A stretch of DNA of 64,000 nt from Cyanobacteria bacterium P01_A01_bin.123. Lineage in GTDB: Bacteria > Cyanobacteriota > Cyanobacteriia > Phormidesmidales > Phormidesmidaceae. Positions 49,340 to 56,531 of the stretch are shown here, one piece after another (the stretch's first letter is position 1; each line of letters opens with the position of its first letter). The notes below the pieces were generated by a model, which saw nothing but the letters and a program-made list of their open reading frames with translations, had not been told where the DNA came from and searched no databases. The stretch spans positions 1-64,000 of the forward strand of contig JBCBZT010000037.1 of assembly GCA_039815185.1 (NCBI GenBank). The letters are read 5' to 3'. A program made the translations under genes and the position numbers.

Positions 49340-50773
49340 TTACCCAAAGCGGACGGTGGTAAACACGAATCTGCCAATGAAAATGGCGGCGAGAATCCAG
49401 GTGATGACGGAGACTTCACGGGCGCGGCCACTGACGGCTTTCGCAAAGGGATAGAGAATCATACCCGCAGAGAGCCCGGCGGCGATGGAAAAGCCGAGGG
49501 GAATAAAGAAGATGGTGACAAAAGCAGGAATCGCTTCGGTCAGGTCGCCCCAGCGAATGCTGGAGACGCTGGACATCATCAACACACCGACAATTAACAG
49601 GGCAGGGGCGGTGGCAAAGGCGGGAATGGCTTCAAAAATGGGCACAAATAGCAGCGCCAGGACAAACATCCCGGCAGCAACCACAGCGGTGAGTCCAGTG
49701 CGGCCCCCTTCCGCGACACCAGAGGCGGATTCGGCAAAGGTGGTGACGGTGGAAGTGCCCATGACGGCCCCGGCTGTAGTAGCGATCGCATCGGCAGACA
49801 ATGCCTGATTAGCCCGGGGCAATTCGCCGTTGTCGTCGATATAGCCCGCCTGGGTACCGACGCCCATCAGGGTGCCAATCGTGTCGAACATGTCCACAAA
49901 TAAGAAGACCAGCAGAATCGCCAGGAAATCAATAATATTGCTGCCGTTGATGCCGCTGAACCCGACAAATGCCTGACCAAATAAATTAGCGGGAAACACC
50001 GGAATCGCAATAATCCCGCTGGGGGCATTGGCAACCCCAAAGATCCAGCCCAGGATGGCGGTTCCAGCAATGCCCCAGAGCAGTGCCCCTTTGATCCGCC
50101 GGATCATGAACATGGCGGAAATAAAAATACCGAAGGTGGCCAGCAGTGTAGCGGGTTCTCGAAAACTGCCGAAGGTGGTTTTGGTGACTTCGCTGGCGAC
50201 GATCAGCCCAGCGCCGCCAACCTCAGTGGCACCGCTGAGGCCGATGTAAGCCAGGAACATGCCAATGCCGACGGTGGTTGAGGCTTTGATACAGGCGGGC
50301 ACGGCTGCAATCAGGTGACGGCGGACATCAGTGACGGTCAAGGCAATGAAGATCAGCCCCTCAATGAGGACACAGGCCAAGGCGACCCGCCAGTCAATGC
50401 CCAAACCCAACACAACGGAATAGGCAAAGAAAGCGTTGGTGCCCATGCCGGGGGCAAGGACGAAGGGATATTTGGCGTAGAGACCCATGACCAGGGTGCC
50501 GATAGCGGCGGTCACGCCTGTAACCACGACCAGTTCTCGAAATAGGTCGCCGGACTCGTTTAAAAACACCGCGTCTGACATGATCAGCGGATGCACGACG
50601 AGGACGTAGGCCATGGTCATGAAGGTGGTTAACCCGGCCAGGATCTCGGTGCGGAAGTTGGTTTTGTAGTAGTCGAAGTTGAAATATTCAGCCACCTTCG
50701 CCTGCCAGCCGGAATAGGGCGGTGGGGAAGCGCCGGGGGGTTTTTGTTCAAGTTTGATCGGACTGTGACTCAT
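49340..50773 (-). CDS. NCS2/AzgA-like purine permease
   Basis: RTEILAGLTTFMTMAY, LAPGMGTNAFF, DMFDTIGTL and ESASGVAEGGRTGL (AzgA/PbuG/GhxP subfamily). Confidence 0.95.
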   Translation of the reverse strand: MSHSPIKLEQKPPGASPPPYSGWQAKVAEYFNFDYYKTNFRTEILAGLTTFMTMAYVLVVHPLIMSDAVFLNESGDLFRELVVVTGVTAAIGTLVMGLYAKYPFVLAPGMGTNAFFAYSVVLGLGIDWRVALACVLIEGLIFIALTVTDVRRHLIAAVPACIKASTTVGIGMFLAYIGLSGATEVGGAGLIVASEVTKTTFGSFREPATLLATFGIFISAMFMIRRIKGALLWGIAGTAILGWIFGVANAPSGIIAIPVFPANLFGQAFVGFSGINGSNIIDFLAILLVFLFVDMFDTIGTLMGVGTQAGYIDDNGELPRANQALSADAIATTAGAVMGTSTVTTFAESASGVAEGGRTGLTAVVAAGMFVLALLFVPIFEAIPAFATAPALLIVGVLMMSSVSSIRWGDLTEAIPAFVTIFFIPLGFSIAAGLSAGMILYPFAKAVSGRAREVSVITWILAAIFIGRFVFTTVRFG

Positions 50774-50877
50774 ACAGCATGCTCCAGAAAACGGTTGTGC
50801 CCGATAGCCTCGATCTCGTGCTTAGAGACAGCCACGATCGTGGGCTGACGGGGAGAGATGGGCCGCTGGGCTAGTTT

Positions 50878-50892
50878 TGCATACTGTATACA
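50878..50892. promoter_or_regulatory. Putative GntR operator upstream of the NCS2 permease
   Basis: TGCATACTGTATACA, one mismatch to TGTATACNGTATACA. Confidence 0.65.
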
Positions 50893-50924
50893 ATCAGATT
50901 TTAAGGCGTTGTCGTAGAGGCTAC
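50883..50924 (-). promoter_or_regulatory. NtcA-activated (class II)-like promoter of the NCS2 permease
   Basis: Minus strand GTA-GCCTCTAC-GAC (one mismatch to GTA-N8-TAC), 22 nt, then TACAGT (TAN3T). Confidence 0.45.
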
Positions 50925-50951
50925 CATTCTCTATCCGTGCCACATAAAACG

Positions 50952-51945
50952 TTACGGGTGAGACTGTGCTGACCTCGCTGCAAAACGGCTACTCAAGCCC
51001 AGTTGCTGCTTCAGCGCTTCAGGAACGTTTTGTGCGGTATTAATTCCTTCGACCTGTTGCCAATCAGTCTGTTCATCCCAAGAAATTTTGTTAAGTCTCG
51101 CCTTAGCAAGTCTCGCCCCAAAAAGTCTCGCTCCAAAAAGGTTTGCTCTAGAAAGGTTCGCAGCAGCAAGGTTAGCCCTATCAAGTCTCGCCCCAGAAAG
51201 GTTAGTCCCAACAAGTCTCGCCTCAGTAAGGTTAGCCTCAGAAAGTCTTGCATTAGCAAGTCTCGCCCCAAAAAGGTTAGCCCCAGAAAGTTTAGTCCCA
51301 ACAAGTCTCACCTCAGAAAGGTTAGCCCTAGAAAGGTTAGCCCCAACAAGTCTCGCCCCAGAAAGGTTCGTTCTACAAAGATCCTGAAAGGACAGAATAC
51401 AATTACCCAAATTCAGATGATTTAAACAGCTAAACGCAACTGGATTTTCAACGCTCACTCGCTGCCCCTGGAGGGTTTTTAGCCAAGTGCCAAATGCTTC
51501 GAGGCTCGGCCAATCGATCGTGGACAATGCCTGACTAACCCCGACACAACTACTGAGGGCTGCGAGTAGCGCTTCGGAAGCATTGCGAGCCTGTTTCGTT
51601 TCCTCGATAAACTTGGGGCGAGGGCTCAACTCTTCCATCGGCATACTGTGGCGCAATAGATAGCCGATCAAATCGCATAGGGTTTGTTGCCACTGCCACA
51701 CTTGCGCTTCAGGCTGTAACTTGACTTCATCTCGCAGAAAGCTGAGTAGATAGTCATCCATCGCCATTGGGCCACACAAAGATTGCCCAGCGCTTCAGAC
51801 ATTCTTTTTCGTCCCAGCCAATATCGGGATTATCTCGATGCTGGGTCAACTGCTGCTGAATCAGCTTCAGTTCCAACACCATGCGCCGGGCAGTCAGATA
51901 CTCTCCAAAACTCTTGTGCGTAAACTCAAACGTGGCTTCGCTGCC
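50952..51945 (-). pseudogene. 5'-truncated, frameshifted NACHT-pentapeptide repeat gene
   Basis: Pentapeptide repeats (A.L..)n in ORF 50952-51779. A shifted frame upstream (51945-51781) reads GSEATFEFTHKSFGEYLTARR...KRWAI, the NACHT winged-helix FxFxHxSFxEY motif. Frameshift near 51779; an in-frame stop lies immediately upstream. Confidence 0.8.
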
Positions 51946-52025
51946 TTAGATGAGATGAGCCAAAATGCCGAGCCTCTAAATCTATGCAAAGTTTTTGGGT
52001 ATAGCCAGTCATCCTTAGTGGGAAG

Positions 52026-52265
52026 TTAAGACTGATGATAAATCTTATCGAGCCAATCCCGCTGTTCTTCACTCGGCGGCAGATACGCATAAAACCTAGC
52101 CTTAGCGCTATCGCGATAATAAGACGAGTTGCTCTCTAGCTGAGCAAAGACCTGCGGTGGATGCACCATAAAACGAGCAAAGGCTTTCCAGCCCGTCCGC
52201 AGAGACTGCCACAGCGTTCGAGAACGATTGACATGAGTCTGATTGGTGTTGGGTTGATTTTGCAT
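52026..52265 (-). CDS. Small hypothetical protein downstream of gntR
   Basis: 79-aa ORF; C-terminal SEEQRDWLDKIY resembles a cyanobacterial small-protein motif. Confidence 0.5.
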   Translation of the reverse strand: MQNQPNTNQTHVNRSRTLWQSLRTGWKAFARFMVHPPQVFAQLESNSSYYRDSAKARFYAYLPPSEEQRDWLDKIYHQS

Positions 52266-52370
52266 AAACTTGGCCAGAATCTAAAACGGTATCTTTAGCT
52301 ACCATTTTAGCCAGCCAGCTTAAATCCTGCTTCCTGTGGGTACTTTTGAGTGGAGTCTAGCGACCTCCCC

Positions 52371-53066
52371 TCATTCCCCTGGCTGAAAACTCCGAATCTC
52401 TTGCACCACCCGTCCCTTACTCGCCAATAAATGAACCCGCACCGCCTCCGTCGCCACCGCCGCATCCCGCTTAGCGATCGCTTCATAGATTTGACGATGC
52501 TCCAACCGAATCTCCAACACGCCTGGATTATGCTGTAGCGTCTGAATCCGGAGCAGCGCCATCGCATCAAACAGCTGGTCGAGCAGCGACACCAACCGCT
52601 TGTTACCCGAACTTTCAGCAATTAAATGATGAAACTGATAGTCCAAATCCAACCGTTGTAACAGCATCTGTAATTGAGAATCCTGCGGATCGCGGGCCTC
52701 AGCCTGAATCACATACTGCTCTAAACCCTTGAGCTGATCACCACTGGCATGCTCACAAGCCCCCGCCACAGAAAGCTGTTCTAACGCTAGACGGCAGTCA
52801 TACAGCTCAGCCGCATCCGCTGCAGATATCGTCGTGACCCGTAACCCCCCATTCGTATCAGCCGTCACCAGCCCTTCCTTCTGAAGCTGGCGTAAGGCTT
52901 CTCGCAAAGGTGTCCGACTCACATTCAGCCACTCAGTCAGTTGAGTTTCAATCAACCGACTCCCTGGCACAAATTCACCCGTTAAAATGCCGGTGCGCAA
53001 AGCCGTGTAAACCTGCTCAGAGAGAGATTTATTACGTCGAATCGGGGGGCGAGAAGATAAAGTCAC
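52371..53066 (-). CDS. GntR family transcriptional regulator (FCD/FadR-VanR type)
   Basis: SLSEQVY..LR.GI..GEF.PG.RL.E..L...LNVSRTPLREAL wHTH; FCD D..FH...SGN...EH..I. Confidence 0.95.
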   Translation of the reverse strand: MTLSSRPPIRRNKSLSEQVYTALRTGILTGEFVPGSRLIETQLTEWLNVSRTPLREALRQLQKEGLVTADTNGGLRVTTISAADAAELYDCRLALEQLSVAGACEHASGDQLKGLEQYVIQAEARDPQDSQLQMLLQRLDLDYQFHHLIAESSGNKRLVSLLDQLFDAMALLRIQTLQHNPGVLEIRLEHRQIYEAIAKRDAAVATEAVRVHLLASKGRVVQEIRSFQPGE

Positions 53067-53253
53067 AAACGATTACTGGGGTTAAATGGCAGGTCAGACG
53101 AACGCTTCTGTTTGGGTTCAGTAGGGCTACGAATCGCCACGGCAAAAGGGGCTGACAGTCAAACTTTCGCGCTCGAAAATCTAACATCCAAAATTGGCAT
53201 CACAAAATTGGTATCAGCAGTTGGATCCGCAAAGACGTATTATCATTCTAATC

Positions 53254-53270
53254 GTGTATACCGTATACAC
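53254..53270. promoter_or_regulatory. Perfect palindromic operator in the gntR/SH3-operon divergent region
   Basis: GTGTATAC-C-GTATACAC. Confidence 0.75.
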
Positions 53271-53336
53271 AGCAACTCATACTGTAATCAGGGCGACTGC
53301 CTGACTTAGGCCAGCCCAGATACACTGCCAGTCAAT

Positions 53337-53849
53337 ATGACACATAGACTCCCTATGGTGATTAACAGGCGATTATTGAGCGTTGTGGCGCTGGCGGCGA
53401 TCGCACTCATGACGCTAGTCTCTTACCCCACAGCAAGCTGGGCCGCCGACTATCAAGGCAATCAGGCTATCAATCAGCCCGCGAGACTCGTGTCCCCCGA
53501 GCCGGAGACTGAAATTGCCATCTATCCCAAGCCAGAGCCGCGCCAACGTCGCATTGGGTATGGCATCGGCGGCGATCGTGTCACGGTTTTAGAGCAGGTA
53601 GGCAGCAATCAAGGCACCACCTGGAACCACATTCGTTTCGATGCGCCCCCCTACGCCGAGGGCTGGGTGCAGGAAGAATTTGTATCGTTTCAAGCGGCAG
53701 ATTCAGCTAATCCAGGTCAGCAGGTCGCGAATCCCACGGCTAATCGGGGCGATCGTTATTTAGGCGATCGCCAATCGTCATCCGACAGCCAGGGACGCGC
53801 TCAACCCTATTCGCAGCAAGATCAAAATCAAAATCAAAACCAGTACTAA
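53337..53849 (+). CDS. Secreted bacterial SH3-domain protein with Gln/Asn-rich tail
   Basis: Signal peptide ending ASWA; GYG..GDRVTVLEQ...WNHIRF....EGWV SH3b pattern. Confidence 0.8.
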   Translation: MTHRLPMVINRRLLSVVALAAIALMTLVSYPTASWAADYQGNQAINQPARLVSPEPETEIAIYPKPEPRQRRIGYGIGGDRVTVLEQVGSNQGTTWNHIRFDAPPYAEGWVQEEFVSFQAADSANPGQQVANPTANRGDRYLGDRQSSSDSQGRAQPYSQQDQNQNQNQY

Positions 53850-54526
53850 TGGCTGACACCGACGTGAGTTCGCTGGCTGGTGCCAGCCTGGTGGTAGAAC
53901 ATACCGTCCCCAGCGGCAAGGGGCTGGCCTTTCGGTGGTGGCACTCAAAAGTGACGCGAACCGCCAGACGCTTCAAGGGCTACATCCGCACTGACCTATA
54001 TTCCCCCGTCAAAGGCTCACAGTCCGATCAGCCGTTGAAGTGGTATTCCATCATCCACTTTGACTCCCCCAACCAGCTCAACCAATGGCTCAAATCGCGC
54101 GATCGCGAGGCATTAATCGAAGCTGGGCGCAAAATTTTTGCTTCCTACCAGTTCATGTCCTTTTCCACAGGGCTCGAAGGCTGGTTTTCCCGCAAGACCG
54201 GCACAGAACAGATGGGCTTCGGCCCGCCCGCCTGGAAGCAAAACGCAGCGGTTGTGCTGGGCTTATATCCTACCGTCATGATTCAGTCGGCGCTTTTTGC
54301 GGCCTTGGGTCTGATGCAATCTTGGTCGCTGCCCAATGCCATGATTGTGAATAACATCATCACCTCATCCCTGTTGACCTGGGCCGTCATGCCCCTGGTC
54401 ACACGGCTGCTGGGCTTTTGGCTCCAACCCGCCCATCAACCCACTTCTTGGAAAACCGATGCGCTGGGAACTGGCATCATTGTCGCCGCCCTGGGCCTGA
54501 TGGTGCTGGTCTTTAATGGGTTTTAG
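53849..54526 (+). CDS. ABM-superfamily (COG3224-like) protein with C-terminal membrane domain
   Basis: F.GY, IHFDS...L..WL.S..R, TGLEGWF and PPAWKQ...LGLYP; TAATG overlap with the SH3 gene. Confidence 0.75.
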   Translation: MADTDVSSLAGASLVVEHTVPSGKGLAFRWWHSKVTRTARRFKGYIRTDLYSPVKGSQSDQPLKWYSIIHFDSPNQLNQWLKSRDREALIEAGRKIFASYQFMSFSTGLEGWFSRKTGTEQMGFGPPAWKQNAAVVLGLYPTVMIQSALFAALGLMQSWSLPNAMIVNNIITSSLLTWAVMPLVTRLLGFWLQPAHQPTSWKTDALGTGIIVAALGLMVLVFNGF

Positions 54527-54531
54527 GCTAG

Positions 54532-56145
54532 ATGAGTAGGCACAGGAGCAGCATCTACAAATTTTGGGGGCAATTACAGTTCACGATCTGGGATAGGTTG
54601 CAATCAATCCTCAAAATTAGCCTATGGGGATTTATGGGTGGGGTTATTCTCGGCTGGTTTTGCGTTGGGGGGCTGGATGCGATCGCGGGAAGCAACCCTC
54701 CAATTACAGCAAACAGTCCTCCCATTACAGAAAGCCGCCCTCCGCAACCATCCCTCAAACAGATTCGGGTCACAACCCTAGCCGATAAAGGGATGGGATC
54801 GCTGCGTTGGGCGATCGCCCAAGCCAATGCAGCCCCCGATGATGATTTGATTGATTTAAGCAGCGTTCAAGGGGCAATCGCCCTGCAAAGTCCCCTACCT
54901 ACGATTACCAGCAACCTGACGCTGGTCGGCAATGGCCACACGACCATTAGCGGCAATAAACGCCATCGCGTCCTACAAATCAAGGGGGGGGATGTCACGA
55001 TTCGCGACCTCACCCTGGCGGACGGCCTCGCCCAAGGCACCGATGGAATTGACGGCGCAGGGGGCAGTGCAGGCATGGGCGGCGGCCTATTGATTAATCA
55101 GGGGGCAGTGCGCCTGAGTCGCGTCAAGTTTGTCGACAACCAGGCCATTGGCGGTAGCGGTAGCCCGCATATCCCGCCTGCCCACCGTCAGATTTCCCAA
55201 GTCCAGATTCCCCAGGTTCAGATTCAAAATCACGACGACCGCTTGACGGTGAATCGAGGGGCAATTCTTGATGTTGATGGCATCAGTCTCTCCCTAGCAG
55301 AGACGCTAGACAGTCTTCCCCTGACTGCGGAAATCAGCCGTACTAAGGAAAAAATTGACGCCAATCGCGGCGCGATCGCAGGGGTTAGCGGCATCGGCAT
55401 CAACGGCATTGGCAGCATTGCCTTTGGCGGTGGGGGCGGTTTTGGCGGCTTTGGCAATGCGGGCAATGGCGGCAACGGCGGCAATGGCGGAACAGATAGC
55501 GGCAACGGCGGCAACGGCGGCGATGGGGGCAACGGCGGCGTCGGCATTTTTGGCAGCTTTGCCCGCTGGGAAGATCAAGGCAGCATCGGCACAATCGTCT
55601 TTGGTGGTGGGGGCGGCTTTGGCGGCTTCGGGAATGCAGGCAACGGGGGCAATGGCGGCAATGCTACGGTCGCGATCGCCAATGGCGGCAATGGCGGCAA
55701 TGGCGGCAATGGCGGCTTCGGGGGCGGCGGGGGCGCTGGGGGCTTTGGCGGCAGGGGGGGCAGTTACAGCGGTGATGCAGGCCAGCCGGGTCAACCGGGG
55801 TCTGGGGGCTTTGGCGGTGGGGATGGCGGCATGGGCTTTGGCGGCAGCGGCGGGGGCTTTGGCGGGGCAATCTTGATCCGCTCAGGTCACCTCGTTTTGA
55901 ATCAGGTGCAGTTTATTCGCAATGCCGCGATCGCTGGACCAGGCCCCTCGCCAGGTCAGGGAAAAGGCGGCGCTATTTTCATTACGCCAAGCCCGATAGC
56001 AGATCATCCACCCAGCGTTCTCGCACTGGGCAACCCAATAGCGTTCATCGATAACGTAGCATCCGACGCAGCTGGGCTACCGACCGATAACGATGATATC
56101 TATGGTGCGCTTGCTTCGACGGGAAGGCTTCGCCAGCAGCAATAG
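54532..56145 (+). CDS. Glycine-rich (GNG repeat) surface/secreted protein with CSLREA-like N-terminal domain
   Basis: N-terminal hydrophobic segment; VTTLADKGMGSLRWAIAQAN; GGG-type beta-helix motifs; duplicated FGGGGGFGGFGNAGNGGNGGN. Confidence 0.8.
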   Translation: MSRHRSSIYKFWGQLQFTIWDRLQSILKISLWGFMGGVILGWFCVGGLDAIAGSNPPITANSPPITESRPPQPSLKQIRVTTLADKGMGSLRWAIAQANAAPDDDLIDLSSVQGAIALQSPLPTITSNLTLVGNGHTTISGNKRHRVLQIKGGDVTIRDLTLADGLAQGTDGIDGAGGSAGMGGGLLINQGAVRLSRVKFVDNQAIGGSGSPHIPPAHRQISQVQIPQVQIQNHDDRLTVNRGAILDVDGISLSLAETLDSLPLTAEISRTKEKIDANRGAIAGVSGIGINGIGSIAFGGGGGFGGFGNAGNGGNGGNGGTDSGNGGNGGDGGNGGVGIFGSFARWEDQGSIGTIVFGGGGGFGGFGNAGNGGNGGNATVAIANGGNGGNGGNGGFGGGGGAGGFGGRGGSYSGDAGQPGQPGSGGFGGGDGGMGFGGSGGGFGGAILIRSGHLVLNQVQFIRNAAIAGPGPSPGQGKGGAIFITPSPIADHPPSVLALGNPIAFIDNVASDAAGLPTDNDDIYGALASTGRLRQQQ

Positions 56146-56531
56146 GCACTGTCTCGGAACCAATTCTGGCGAGATAACAACACTACCTCAGGGCAACAGG
56201 CGAGCTTCAACTTGTGAAAAATTCTGATACTACACAAATAAATTTTGTAGTATATACTAAGGAATGGATTAAAAATTTTCTAGTTTCATAGTTGTGTTCC
56301 CCCGCGATCGCATCTTGATTCATAACCGCGATGGTCAAAAATCGGCCTTCAGAAACCATCGCCGCCTGTAGACCTGACAAGTTTGACCTTAGTCCCAACC
56401 CATTCAAATCAGCGGCATAGCTCTAACTGTGCCGCTTTGTTTGGGTTGCCATATTGCTACCCTAGCCCGGCAACTCAGTGACGCTAGGTGCTTTAAGCAA
56501 TGTGGTCAGCACTGTATCTACTGAACGCATC

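Noticed and set aside
50774..50877. Possible purine or xanthine riboswitch in the NCS2 leader (palindrome CCACGATCGTGG at 50832-50843)
   Set aside because: I could not find the conserved purine-riboswitch core, and the palindrome is HIP1-like. An Rfam/Infernal scan would be needed to overturn this.
51090..51370. Regular repeats that could suggest a CRISPR array
   Set aside because: The 15/30-bp periodicity is protein-coding, there are no unique spacers and no cas genes in the window.
51003..51425. Lys/Ser/Arg-rich and other periodic ORFs overlapping 51003-51425
   Set aside because: Alternate-frame and antisense shadows of the 15-bp-period pentapeptide repeat coding sequence.
55230..55876. 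Pro-, Ala- and Arg/Cys-rich ORFs overlapping the Gly-rich gene
   Set aside because: Frame and strand shadows of GGC-AAY-GGC repeats.
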